From an uncultured Candidatus Saccharibacteria bacterium (lineage in GTDB: Bacteria > Patescibacteriota > Minisyncoccia > UBA6257 > 1-14-0-10-44-23), in contig CAZJVT010000003.1 of NCBI GenBank assembly GCA_964549935.1, positions 159,501 through 223,500 of the forward strand: a DNA stretch of 64,000 bases, written 5' to 3'. Both the position numbers and the translations under genes were made by a program. The notes beneath the pieces are model-generated. The model was not told the DNA's origin and did no database searches. It saw only the letters and a program-made list of their open reading frames with translations. Below are positions 51,915-61,582 of the stretch, in pieces; positions within the stretch are counted from its first letter, which is position 1; every line of letters begins with the position of its first letter.

Positions 51915-54901
51915 GGAGAGGACTCCTCGGCCTCGCTGTAGAACGGCAGGTAGATACGGAAAATTGTACCGACGCCCAGTTGCGTGGCAACCTCGATTGC
52001 ACCCTTCATGGACTTCACGATCTCGTAGACGATCGGCAGGCCGAGGCCGGTCCCCAGGTGGCCCTTGGTCGTGAAGAACTGCTCGAAGATGCGCTTCCGG
52101 ATATCTTCGGCCATGCCCTCTCCGTTGTCCTGGATCGTCATCCGGACATAGCGGCCGGGTGGCGCCGGTGCCACGTCGGGAGCCGGCTGCGGTATCTCGG
52201 TCGCGGTCGTCACGTCCTCGAGCACGACTGAGATGATGCCGCCGGCCTTGGTGGCGTGGTTCGCATTGATCGTCAGGTTGGAAACGATCCTGTTGACCTC
52301 TTCCGGCGAGATCTTCACCCGCGCACCCGGGGGCAGGTCGTTGGTGTACCTGATCTCCCTGTCGATCATCGAGTTCATCTGTACGTCCATGAGGCCCCTG
52401 ACCTCGTTCGCGATGTCGAGGGGTATGCGGGTGGCCATGTCCGCCCTCGACGAGGCCAGCACGCGGTTGGCGACGACGCTCGCCTCTCCGGTGGCCCTGA
52501 GGACGAACCGGTTCCATGCGATGAGATCCGGATCTCCCTTGTCCTTGATCCGGTCGCGGATGAATTCCGAGAAGCTCTGGATCGCCTGGAGCTGGTTGTT
52601 GAATTCGTGCGCGATCATGCCGACCCTGTTTCCAAGGACGATGAAGCGCTCGATCTCCTGCCGCCTTGCGCTGTCCGCGACCTCGGCGGTGATGTCGGTG
52701 CTGGCACCTCGATAGCCCTTGAGCTTTCCCTCTGAAATGAAGGGCGTGCCGTTGGAGCGCACAATCCGCTTCTTGCCGTCGGGAAGAAGGATCGTATGGA
52801 CATGACCGCGAAACGGCTGTCCGTCGCGAAGGGCCTTGAACGTCTTTGCGATCTGTTCCCGGCCGGCACCGCTGGCGAACATCTTCAGGATCGATGCACC
52901 AACGAACAGCGAGGGATCGACGTCGAAGACGTCCCTGACCCTGTCGGCAACCTCGGAGATACGGAAATCGCGATCGATTTCCCAGTGGAAGTCGGTGGCG
53001 CAGGCGGTGATGTCGCGGAACTTGCTCTCGCTCCGCTGCAGCCGGAAATGCGCATAGACGCGTTCGGTGATGTCGATGATCGCCGTCATCGTCGCAGACT
53101 TGCCCAGCCAGTCGATCGGCAGGGACCGGTAGTCGACGCAGATCCTGCGGCCGCCGGCATTCTTCACCCAGCGCTCCTCGCCGGAAACTGGCGCGCTGCC
53201 TTCCCCCAGGTCGCCGAACAGGCTCGGCTCGCTGCCGTCGGGAGACGCGGGCTGCTCGAGGAGTCCGTCGGCGTCGCTGTAGCTCCACAGGTCGCGGAAG
53301 GCGCTGTTGCAGAAAAGGACCTTTCCCTCGAGGTGGATCACCGTCGCCTGAAGCGAGCCGTCGACGATGGTCTTCAGGCTCGCTTCGGATCGCCGGAGCT
53401 TGTCCTCCGCTTCCTTGTCCTTGGTGATGTCGGTGATGAGCGTCGCGATCCCGCCGGAGCGCGTACGCTGGTCGCGGAAGGACAGCAGGCGACCGTCCGG
53501 CATCGAGACCTCTACGGGGTCGTCGTTGCCTTCGCTGCGGCCGCGGCGCCGGCTTTCGCTCCACACCTTGGACTTGCCGGCGGCCTGCCGCCTGAGGGCG
53601 AGGGCGATCTCGGCCGTGCTCCGACCGACGAGGGACCTGCCCCGAAGGGACTCGAACATCTCCAGGTATCGCCCGTTGTGGGCGATGATCCGGTCGTCCG
53701 GCCCCGAGAGGACGAAGCCGTCGCCGAAGCTCTCGATCGCTTCCCGGAGAGCATCCTCTGTCCGTCTGACCGTGGTGACGTCGGTACAGATCGCGGCGCG
53801 CCCGCCCCCTCTGGTGCGCAGGCACCGGACCCCGATCACGCGGCCGTCGACCAGCTTGAGCTCGCGCGAGTAGTTCTGGTCCGAGCGCCAGATCTCGATC
53901 GAGCGCCTGAAGGCGGCGGCATACTCCTCGATATCGGTCGGGGCCTCGTAGACCGCCCCCATGACCTGCTTCAGCATGTCCTCGAAAGCGAGGCCGCGAA
54001 AATCCGTGGCTTGCCTTCCTGGAAAATGGAGGTCGGCATAGCGCGAATTGTAGAGGATGAGACGATCGTTCTCGTCCCACAGCGACAAGGCTTCGCCGAT
54101 ATGCTCGATCGAGTCCGAGAGCATGGACTCGGCGCGCTTCTGCGCGGTGATGTCGAGGCGGATCGTGGCGAGGCCGCCATCCGGCGTGCGACGTTCGTAG
54201 ACGGCCGCCCATTGGCCGTTCGGCCTGCGATAGACATGAGGCTCCGCCGGCGGATTGATCCGGCGCGCGAGGCGGCGGGCGATGAAGGTCTCGGTGTCCT
54301 CGTGAGACCCGCTTTGCGCCAGTCCCGCCCGTATCGAAGCCGCGATGAGGTCGGCCCCCTTGGCGCCGATCGGATTGCCGCCCGAGCGAAAGCTGTCGCT
54401 GTACTCCCTGAGGTAGGTCTGGTTCGCGAGGATCAGCCTGTCGCTCGGATCGAACAGGGTGAATCCGCCCGGGATGCTTTCGATGGCGCCAAGGATCCGT
54501 CGCTCCCGTGCAAAGCGTTCGGTCGTCTCCGACAGGCGGAGAAGCCGCAGGTCCTCGGTCACGATCTCCGACAGGTCGAAAGCCAGATCCCCGAGCCGGA
54601 CGGTCCTCCCGGAGAGGGAATAAGACTCGCCCGCGATCCGCCGCAGGTCATCCAGGCCGCCGTCCCTGTCCATGACGACGATCGATGGCATGGCGACGCC
54701 GGGTTCGATCGAGGAAAGCTCGGGGAAAAGGGAGGCGGCCCTGGGATTCGCGGCCTGGATACGCCATTCGTGATCGACGAGGATGAGGGCATCGTCGGCA
54801 AGCTCGAAGAGCAGCCGGCGCAGATCGCTTCGATCGCCGGACGTATCCGGCTTCTGCCAGGCACGCGGGAAGGCGCTGATATGCTTTCGATCGGCGGTCA
54901 C
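51911..54901 (-). CDS. Multi-PAS/PAC sensor histidine kinase (996 aa)
   Basis: HisKA H-box IAHEFNNQL; HATPase_c GTGLGLPIVYEIV; several PAS-like repeats. Confidence 0.9.
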   Translation of the reverse strand: MTADRKHISAFPRAWQKPDTSGDRSDLRRLLFELADDALILVDHEWRIQAANPRAASLFPELSSIEPGVAMPSIVVMDRDGGLDDLRRIAGESYSLSGRTVRLGDLAFDLSEIVTEDLRLLRLSETTERFARERRILGAIESIPGGFTLFDPSDRLILANQTYLREYSDSFRSGGNPIGAKGADLIAASIRAGLAQSGSHEDTETFIARRLARRINPPAEPHVYRRPNGQWAAVYERRTPDGGLATIRLDITAQKRAESMLSDSIEHIGEALSLWDENDRLILYNSRYADLHFPGRQATDFRGLAFEDMLKQVMGAVYEAPTDIEEYAAAFRRSIEIWRSDQNYSRELKLVDGRVIGVRCLRTRGGGRAAICTDVTTVRRTEDALREAIESFGDGFVLSGPDDRIIAHNGRYLEMFESLRGRSLVGRSTAEIALALRRQAAGKSKVWSESRRRGRSEGNDDPVEVSMPDGRLLSFRDQRTRSGGIATLITDITKDKEAEDKLRRSEASLKTIVDGSLQATVIHLEGKVLFCNSAFRDLWSYSDADGLLEQPASPDGSEPSLFGDLGEGSAPVSGEERWVKNAGGRRICVDYRSLPIDWLGKSATMTAIIDITERVYAHFRLQRSESKFRDITACATDFHWEIDRDFRISEVADRVRDVFDVDPSLFVGASILKMFASGAGREQIAKTFKALRDGQPFRGHVHTILLPDGKKRIVRSNGTPFISEGKLKGYRGASTDITAEVADSARRQEIERFIVLGNRVGMIAHEFNNQLQAIQSFSEFIRDRIKDKGDPDLIAWNRFVLRATGEASVVANRVLASSRADMATRIPLDIANEVRGLMDVQMNSMIDREIRYTNDLPPGARVKISPEEVNRIVSNLTINANHATKAGGIISVVLEDVTTATEIPQPAPDVAPAPPGRYVRMTIQDNGEGMAEDIRKRIFEQFFTTKGHLGTGLGLPIVYEIVKSMKGAIEVATQLGVGTIFRIYLPFYSEAEESSP

Positions 54902-54988
54902 CGGGGGATCATTCCCTCAATTACCGCGGGTTGCAAACTTTCCATGTAGTTAGAGGTTGTTGCTGGCATCGCGGACGGCGGCCGGGGT

Positions 54989-55678
54989 CTAGACCGCGAT
55001 CTCCCTGATCCGATGCCCTTCGCGCCTCGGCAGCACGCGTTCGCCGGTGCGGACGCGGCGCGTCCGGAACATGTCGCGGCGATGCGGATTGTTGTGGAGC
55101 CAGAGGCGGGCATAGTAGGCGACGAAGTTGTTGTTGACCTTGAAGCCGCGGCCGCCGCGGGTCACGACATCGCACTCCCACCGGATCCGGTGCATGACCT
55201 GGTCCGCGGAGATCCGCTCAAGACCCCGGTCGATGACCTCTCGCATGAAGGTCGTGAAGAGTTCGTAAATGGCCGGGTTCTCCTCATGGAAAGCCCAGAA
55301 GGCACGTTCGAGGTCCGTCACGTTGCCCGGAAGGGGGCAGGGCCCTGCCCCTTCGGTCGCGCCAACCGGTTCCAGGAGAGGATCCGGCGCTCCGGCTCCA
55401 GCCTCCATTCCCGCTGCGGGCGGCGTCACATCCATGTCGGCGTCGGACGTCGCCGTCGCCGCGCGATCCTCGAAAGCGCGTCGAAGGACTGGCCCGAGGA
55501 CCGGACGTTCCATCCGCACGGGAAATTCGTTGGAGCCGTGGGCCGGCGGAGCCGGGGCGGGTGCCGGCGCGGCTGGGCCTCGATCTTCGCCAGGCGGCCT
55601 TAACGCCTGAAGACCCTCGCCCTCGAGGGCATGGCGAGGGGGCCGGGTATCGCGATCGAGGGGGATGGCAGTGGTCAT
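54989..55678 (-). CDS. Hypothetical protein (conserved-looking C-terminal 100 aa; real start possibly MERPVL near 55519)
   Basis: ORF track. Confidence 0.45.
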   Translation of the reverse strand: MTTAIPLDRDTRPPRHALEGEGLQALRPPGEDRGPAAPAPAPAPPAHGSNEFPVRMERPVLGPVLRRAFEDRAATATSDADMDVTPPAAGMEAGAGAPDPLLEPVGATEGAGPCPLPGNVTDLERAFWAFHEENPAIYELFTTFMREVIDRGLERISADQVMHRIRWECDVVTRGGRGFKVNNNFVAYYARLWLHNNPHRRDMFRTRRVRTGERVLPRREGHRIREIAV

Positions 55679-55788
55679 GCGCGGTCCGTCGTCCAGGAAT
55701 ATAAAAGCATATACTATATGCGATAGACGAGAAACCGCTTTGTGCTTTCTCTTCCATTTGCTCTAGTGGGGGGAGGAGGTGCATCCAC

Positions 55789-56103
55789 ATGAACGCTGTC
55801 AGAACCAGTCATTCCCAGGCTGCCGGCAAGATCGTGCCGGTCGCGGTCACCGGCTTCGCGCAGGTTGCCGCTGCGCTTGCTTCCGCGAGCGGAAACGAGA
55901 CTATTGCGGCTCGCCTGGCCTACATCACGGAGTTCGAGAAGGACGGGGCGAAGGCTCTCGTGACCTCGTTCGGTTTCGAAGGCGGCGAGTCGGCGACCTT
56001 CGCCTGGCCTGACCGCCAGACTTTCGAGAACTTCCTCGGGTCACCGGAATTCACGGGCCGACCGGCTTCGGTATCCGCCCCCGGCCAGGCCGCCAGGACC
56101 TGA
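55789..56103 (+). CDS. Hypothetical protein (104 aa)
   Basis: SD GGAGGAGG before ATG. Confidence 0.55.
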   Translation: MNAVRTSHSQAAGKIVPVAVTGFAQVAAALASASGNETIAARLAYITEFEKDGAKALVTSFGFEGGESATFAWPDRQTFENFLGSPEFTGRPASVSAPGQAART

Positions 56104-56106
56104 GCC

Positions 56107-56706
56107 ATGGCCATCGAGCGACCGCACATCTGGCAGCTGCAGCGGGACACCGTCATCACGAACCTGCTGAACGTCAACGTCCGGCCGGACCTGCTCGTAG
56201 CGCTCTATCCCGACTACAAGCGCGGACCGAAGCCGCTCCCTCCGCCGGACCATGCTCCCATCGTCTGGGATACGGTGCGGAGCCTCGGTGCCAAGATCGA
56301 GATCCCCGATCCCTTCCTCTCCGCGGCCTTCCGCCAGGACATCACCGCCCGCTGGCTTCGTTCGGTCGAGGCGGCGATGGAAGCGCGCATGCCGGTGCCT
56401 CCGGCGATCATCAAGGAAGCCGCCGGCGCCTCGCCTTCGATCCGCAACATGCAGACCCAGAAGATCGCCAGGGAGCTCCAGGGGGCCGTCGAGGACCTCG
56501 GTTCCAGCATGAAGGCGATGGACACCGACGCTTTGGCGGAAGACCTCACGCGGATTCGCTCCAAGCTCGCGTCGCTTGCCGACATCGCAACGCCCGAGAT
56601 GAGCCGCGGCATCAAGGAAGTCATCGAGCTCGTCGACCAGTCGGCGAAGAAGCATGGCATCCGCCTCGAGCAGGGCGGCGGCCGCGGCCCTTCACCGGGC
56701 TTCTGA
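56107..56706 (+). CDS. Hypothetical protein (199 aa)
   Basis: ORF track, 3-nt gap to upstream gene. Confidence 0.55.
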   Translation: MAIERPHIWQLQRDTVITNLLNVNVRPDLLVALYPDYKRGPKPLPPPDHAPIVWDTVRSLGAKIEIPDPFLSAAFRQDITARWLRSVEAAMEARMPVPPAIIKEAAGASPSIRNMQTQKIARELQGAVEDLGSSMKAMDTDALAEDLTRIRSKLASLADIATPEMSRGIKEVIELVDQSAKKHGIRLEQGGGRGPSPGF

Positions 56707-56715
56707 GGCCGTAAA

Positions 56716-57225
56716 GTGTCGACGAAGCTCCCGCAATTCGCGCTGCAGCTCAGCGTGTGGCATCTGGGCGAGGAGGCGATCAGGCAGATCGCCTCCGATG
56801 CCCCGGAAGCCGATCCGACCTTCCCCTGGTCCTTCGACGGCACCGGCGACGAACAAAAGATCGGCCGCATCGTCGATCTCATGGCGAAGGGCCTCTATGT
56901 CAAGGCGGCCAGCCTCCACCTGCCTGACATGCCGCTCTCGGAGGCCCTGGGCTTCGCCTACATGGCGACGATGAGCATCCAGGCGCCCTGGTACGGGCCG
57001 TCGCGGCAGTCGAAGGGCTACATCGTCGAGCCCAGCGGCTGGTCGAACAGGAACACCTCGATCGGCGACGTCATCATGGCGTCGGACCGTATGGTCCATG
57101 CCTGCTGCTCGACCGGGTGGCGAGACGTCGGTCCGGCGCCCGAGATCATGCTGGATCTGGATTCCGCGGTCGGCATCGATGTCGCGCGCGCCGGGAAATC
57201 CCTACTGGCGGGAATGTCGCCCTAG
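56716..57225 (+). CDS. Hypothetical protein (169 aa, GTG start)
   Basis: ORF track. Confidence 0.5.
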   Translation: MSTKLPQFALQLSVWHLGEEAIRQIASDAPEADPTFPWSFDGTGDEQKIGRIVDLMAKGLYVKAASLHLPDMPLSEALGFAYMATMSIQAPWYGPSRQSKGYIVEPSGWSNRNTSIGDVIMASDRMVHACCSTGWRDVGPAPEIMLDLDSAVGIDVARAGKSLLAGMSP

Positions 57226-58550
57226 CTCGGCATCTTCGTATTGAAGAGCGTCGCACCTGACAGCAGCGCGCCCTGCAGGCTGGCCGCCGTCAGGTCGCTG
57301 AAGCTGAGGTCGGCGCGTGTCAGGTCGGCGCCACGAAGGTCCGCGCCAACGAGGTTGGCGTAGCGGAGCTTGGCGCCGACGAGCCTCGCCGGAAGCGTCT
57401 TGTTGCCCTGAAGCGGCAAGGGCGAAAGCATCGCCGAGCTCAGGTCGGCATGGTCGAGGCGCGCATTGGTGAGATTGATGCCTCGACAATCGGCCCCGCG
57501 CAGCGCGAGCTCCCGCGCGTCGACGTTGGCGAAGGTCGCCGCCTGGAGCTGCGACCCGGAAAAGTCGATCTTGTAGAGATTGGCGCCCTCCGCCTTGATC
57601 GCGACCAGGACCCTTTCCTTGAACGGGCCTTCCGCCCTGAGATCGAATCCGGTGAGATCGAGCGCGCTCCCCTGGGATCCCCGGGAGGAGACGAATAGCT
57701 CATGGGCTTCGACGAGTTGGGCGAGCGGCTTGCCGAGCTCGGAGATCTTCCGGCCCGTCGCGCTGTCCGTCAGGGCACCGGACATGTTGGCATTGTCGAG
57801 GTGCGCGATCTTGAGATCGACGCCTACCAGGATCGCGTCCTTGAGAACCGCTCCTCGCAGATCGGCGTTTGCGACCTTGGCTCCCTCGAGGTTGGCGCGC
57901 GTCAGGTCCGCGCCCTTCAGGTTGGCGCGCGTCAGGTCCGCGCCTTTCAGGTTGGCGTCGGTGAAATCGGTGTGAGAGACGACGGAGCCGCCCAGCTTCG
58001 CGCCGCTCAGGTCGCTCTTGGCGAAGTTCGCGGCGGTGCCATCGTCCTTGTCGTCCATGCTGCGAACCTGGATGTCGCGTCCCTGGGTGCGGTCGGCGAC
58101 GGCGCCGTCCCGGAGGTCGGCGCCCATGAGCTTCGCGTTCTGGAGATTGGCTCCGCGGAGCCGCGAGCCGCGGAGATCGGATTTCGACAGATTGGCGCCG
58201 ACGAACGACGCACGCCTGAGGTCGCAGGCGAAGAGGGTCGCTCCCTCCAGCGAGCAGCCATCGAGGACCGCCCCCTCGAGCGAGGCGCTCGAGAACGTCG
58301 CCTGGTTCAGGTTGCGCCCGGTGAGAACCAGGCCGCGAAGGTTCGCATTGGTGAAGTCGGCGCGGATGCCGCCGGGGATGCCGTTCAGGAACATCTCGTG
58401 GCGAAGGACGATGTTGTTCACGTCCGACTGGCTGAGATCGACTCGGGCGAAGCCTGCGGGCCTGCCGGCGCCGTTCGACTGCACGGACCCCACGGGACCG
58501 AGACGCGGCGACTCGCTCGTCGGCTGCGGGAATACCAGGGCGCTGCTCAT
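57222..58550 (-). CDS. Pentapeptide-repeat protein (443 aa)
   Basis: Runs of A(D/N)L(S/T/R)xA-type pentapeptides. Inner ATG MSSALVF at rc 58548-58550. The upstream part of the ORF overlaps dnaQ in another frame. Confidence 0.8.
   Translation of the reverse strand: MSSALVFPQPTSESPRLGPVGSVQSNGAGRPAGFARVDLSQSDVNNIVLRHEMFLNGIPGGIRADFTNANLRGLVLTGRNLNQATFSSASLEGAVLDGCSLEGATLFACDLRRASFVGANLSKSDLRGSRLRGANLQNAKLMGADLRDGAVADRTQGRDIQVRSMDDKDDGTAANFAKSDLSGAKLGGSVVSHTDFTDANLKGADLTRANLKGADLTRANLEGAKVANADLRGAVLKDAILVGVDLKIAHLDNANMSGALTDSATGRKISELGKPLAQLVEAHELFVSSRGSQGSALDLTGFDLRAEGPFKERVLVAIKAEGANLYKIDFSGSQLQAATFANVDARELALRGADCRGINLTNARLDHADLSSAMLSPLPLQGNKTLPARLVGAKLRYANLVGADLRGADLTRADLSFSDLTAASLQGALLSGATLFNTKMPS
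57891..57960. repeat. 30-bp tandem DNA repeat (about 2.3 copies) GTTGGCGCGCGTCAGGTCCGCGCC(C/T)TTCAG inside the pentapeptide gene
   Basis: Read directly. Confidence 0.7.
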
Positions 58551-58578
58551 GGAGTGCTTCCTCTCTGCTGACCTGATG

Positions 58579-59415
58579 TCACGGGCCCGGCGTCCCGCCT
58601 GCATCGCTTTCGGGCTTCTTGCCGTCGGCGACCTTGTCCCACAGCGGATTCTTGATCTCCGACCGGACATGGTTCCTATGCGCTTCCGTCTCGGCGGGAT
58701 CGAACTTGAAGACCCGTGCCGGACGGATGCCGGCGGCCCCGGTCTTCGCAGGGGCGCCGGCGGGACCGTCGACGCGGCCGTCTGCGGCGACCGGTCCCGT
58801 GGTTGCGCTTCCTTGCTGGGCATCGCCCGATTTCACCGCCGAAATTCCGAAGAGATCCCTCGGATCGGCACCAGCCAGGCAGGCGAAGACCTGCGCGAGG
58901 ATCTGGGCGTCGATCAGGCCGCCGTGCAGCGTCCGCCCTTCGGTCGAGACTCCATATCGCCTTGCGACCCGAGAGAGGTTCACCTGGGTTCCGGGGAACT
59001 TTTCCTTCACCATCGGGATCGTGTCATGGACCCGTTCGTGCGCGATTCCGGGCCTGCCGATACGTGCGAGCTCCTCGTCGAGGAAGCCGACGTCGAAGGG
59101 CGCGTTGTGGATGACGAGCCTGGCATCGCCGAGGAAATCGACGAACCCGGAGGCGACCTCCTGAAACCGCGGGAAGTTGAGAAGGAACTGCCTCGAGAGG
59201 CCGTGGACCTGAAACGCCTCCCTGGGGACCGCTCGATCGGGGTTGATGTAGGTGTGGTAGGTGCGCCCCGTGATCTTGCCGTCGATGAGCTCGACGCCGC
59301 CGATCTCGATCACGCGATCGTTCTTCGGATCGAGTCCGGTCGTCTCGGTATCGAGCGCGACAAACCGTCCCGAAAGGGAGATGTCGAGCGCCGATGGGCG
59401 GCCGTTGCCGCTCAC
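58579..59415 (-). CDS. dnaQ: DnaQ-like 3'-5' exonuclease (DNA polymerase III epsilon family)
   Basis: Exo I FVALDTETTGLDP, Exo II HNAPFDVGFL, Exo III HGGLIDAQILAQVF. GTG start at rc 59413-59415 overlaps the upstream TGA (GTGA). Confidence 0.8.
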   Translation of the reverse strand: MSGNGRPSALDISLSGRFVALDTETTGLDPKNDRVIEIGGVELIDGKITGRTYHTYINPDRAVPREAFQVHGLSRQFLLNFPRFQEVASGFVDFLGDARLVIHNAPFDVGFLDEELARIGRPGIAHERVHDTIPMVKEKFPGTQVNLSRVARRYGVSTEGRTLHGGLIDAQILAQVFACLAGADPRDLFGISAVKSGDAQQGSATTGPVAADGRVDGPAGAPAKTGAAGIRPARVFKFDPAETEAHRNHVRSEIKNPLWDKVADGKKPESDAGGTPGP

Positions 59416-60806
59416 GACCGATGATCCTCGGGAAAGAAGCGCACGACGATGCGGCCGGGAGCGCCCATCCATCTCGGGTCCGGATCCTCGATCCACAGCG
59501 GCATCGTCATGACACCGAAATCCGTGACGGCCAAAACCCGAAGGACGAACTCCTCGCTGGATGACGGCCTGGACTGGCTGCCGAGAAGGAAGCTGCGGCC
59601 GCCGATGATCACCCGCTGCGAACCGATGGGCGAGGACGCCTCGCCCCCGATGCCGGCGTAGCCGTTCCAGTCCGGATCGCGGGTGCCGCCGGGCAGCCTG
59701 CCGAGACCGCGATCGCCATGGCGGAGCGCGGCCGAGATGTCGACGAAGCTCGAGCTGCCGCCGCCGCCACCACCGCCGCCGACCCTGCAGTCTCCAGGGC
59801 CGTCGCGAGTGGTTTCGCAGGCGATCAGGCCGGCGCTTCCCCCGCCCGCGCCAGCAAGACCGGAGCCGCCGGGTCCGCCATGGCCGATCGGAGCCAGGTT
59901 GAAGGCAAGCCGGTCGACCTGCGGACGGATCGCGGATCGGATCCCCGCGAAGGTTGGGTTGTCGTCGATCGAGGCGAAGGTCCTGACGATCCGCCAGGGA
60001 ACGCCGCCGCGGCCGCCGCAGAAATTGGTCCCGCGCTCGCCTGCCTCGCCTTGCTCGAACTCGCCTTCCGGGTTCGGGTATCCGCCACGGCCTGGATTGT
60101 TGCCGCGCGACGCAGCGCCGCCCTGTCCGGCGAGAGGACCGCTTCCGTTGCGCCCGGGCTCGCCGATGTTTCCCGGGGACGGCGCGGCGCGCGTCGAGAT
60201 CGCGTCAGGCGAGGGCGGCAGGATGTCGTTGCCGCCTGCCGCTCCGCCATCGCCGCCGTCGGTGACGGTGCCGGCCGCTCCGCCGGCGCCGCCGCTTCCG
60301 GCCGTGGCGACGTTCCTGCCTGCGATCGAGAGGAAGGTCTCGCCGCCGCCTTGCATGAGGCTCCCGCCGCAGCCGGCGACGATGGCGATCTCGTCGCCCG
60401 CACGAACCAGGTGCCTGAAGAACAGGAACTCGCCGCCGCCGCCGCGGCCGCCGCGTGCGAGATAGCTTGGATGGCCGGCGCCGGCGCCAGCCCCCCAGAG
60501 CTTGGCTTCCATCCAGCCGCAACCCGGCGGAACGACAAGCCGCCGGCTGTCGGGACCGTCTACGACGATGGCTCCGGACGGACACCCGTCGGCGCTACGG
60601 AAGGGTTGGCCGCCGGTACCGGTAGCAGGCGGCAGGGCAGGGGATGCAGGTGTGGCCGCGGGTCTCGCCGCGTCGGTCGCCGTCGATGACTTCGGCGCCG
60701 GCGGCGCGGGCTGCGGCACCCAGATCTGCTGGCCCTGCGCACCGGATCCTGCAAGGAGCAGGAAGCCGCAGAAGAGAAGCGAGCCGAGGCGCGAAGCGTA
60801 GATCAC
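59412..60806 (-). CDS. Secreted glycine-rich protein (GGxGG/GxGxG repeats), signal peptide IYASRLGSLLFCGFLLLAGSGAQG
   Basis: Long ORF 59412..60845. GTG at rc 60804-60806 with SD GAGG lies downstream of the peptidase stop. The other frames are Arg-rich. Confidence 0.5.
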   Translation of the reverse strand: MIYASRLGSLLFCGFLLLAGSGAQGQQIWVPQPAPPAPKSSTATDAARPAATPASPALPPATGTGGQPFRSADGCPSGAIVVDGPDSRRLVVPPGCGWMEAKLWGAGAGAGHPSYLARGGRGGGGEFLFFRHLVRAGDEIAIVAGCGGSLMQGGGETFLSIAGRNVATAGSGGAGGAAGTVTDGGDGGAAGGNDILPPSPDAISTRAAPSPGNIGEPGRNGSGPLAGQGGAASRGNNPGRGGYPNPEGEFEQGEAGERGTNFCGGRGGVPWRIVRTFASIDDNPTFAGIRSAIRPQVDRLAFNLAPIGHGGPGGSGLAGAGGGSAGLIACETTRDGPGDCRVGGGGGGGGSSSFVDISAALRHGDRGLGRLPGGTRDPDWNGYAGIGGEASSPIGSQRVIIGGRSFLLGSQSRPSSSEEFVLRVLAVTDFGVMTMPLWIEDPDPRWMGAPGRIVVRFFPEDHRS

Positions 60807-60813
60807 CGATGCC

Positions 60814-61560
60814 TCAGGAGATGAGGCCGGCGACGTCCGCCGCATGAGCGATCAGCGCTGCGATGCCAAGGAATGGCGCGAGCCGAAGTCTCCAGGACGA
60901 GCGTTCGTCCGCCTTCAGCATGAAGAAGGGAGCGAGCGCGAGGGCGGAAGCGACCGAGACGGCGATCAGCACCGGCGCCATGCCCAGCAGGGCGCCCATC
61001 CCGAGAACCATCTTGGCGTCTCCGCCGCCGATGAGATCGCGCATGGAGATCTCCTCGCCGAGCCTTTGGCGCGCCATCGCCAGGAAGAAAGCCGACCCCT
61101 CGACCGTGAGCCATCCAACGGCAGCGCCGAGGATCGCATCGCTCGGGAAGAGGGGCCAGAAGGCGTCGAGCCACGGAACGGCGACCGGCGCCAGGAGGCC
61201 GAGCCAGAGAAGGGAGCCGGTCAATGCCGGAGGAAGCTGTCCGGTCCTTGCGTCGGCGATCATGAGCATGGCGACGAGCGCGAAGGCGGCGGCATGGACG
61301 GCGCCGACGACCGTAGCTCCATGGATCATCACCGGCATCGCCACGATCGCGGAGAGCATGAGCCTGAGGGCGAGGTCCTCGCCGAGGCCCGATCGCACGC
61401 AGGCTCGGACGACGTCACCGATCTCGTGGCCCTCGATATGACGGTCGCGCTCGATGCAGTCGGCGAGGGTCGAGCTCAGCCTGATCGAGCCGGGGCAGGC
61501 AACGAAGGCCAGGGCACCGGCGGCGGCGGCGGCGCCGAGGGTCTGGAGGATCATTGTCAT
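60814..61560 (-). CDS. Prepilin peptidase (A24 family, short form without N-terminal Zn/methyltransferase domain)
   Basis: Catalytic Asp motif GGGDAKM and polytopic TM profile. Inner ATG MTMILQTLG verified at rc 61558-61560. The upstream part of ORF 60814..61944 is Arg/Pro junk. Confidence 0.85.
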   Translation of the reverse strand: MTMILQTLGAAAAAGALAFVACPGSIRLSSTLADCIERDRHIEGHEIGDVVRACVRSGLGEDLALRLMLSAIVAMPVMIHGATVVGAVHAAAFALVAMLMIADARTGQLPPALTGSLLWLGLLAPVAVPWLDAFWPLFPSDAILGAAVGWLTVEGSAFFLAMARQRLGEEISMRDLIGGGDAKMVLGMGALLGMAPVLIAVSVASALALAPFFMLKADERSSWRLRLAPFLGIAALIAHAADVAGLIS

Positions 61561-61582
61561 GATGCTTGCGGCCGTGCCGTAG

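Noticed and set aside
51531-54212. 893-aa minus ORF
   Set aside because: Arg-rich out-of-frame overlap of the histidine kinase. Only its last 127 codons (the receiver domain gene 51531..51914) are real.
58551-58823. N-terminal 91-aa extension of the pentapeptide ORF
   Set aside because: Arg/Pro-rich and overlaps the dnaQ 3' end in another frame. The internal ATG at 58550 with a 29-nt intergenic gap is more plausible.
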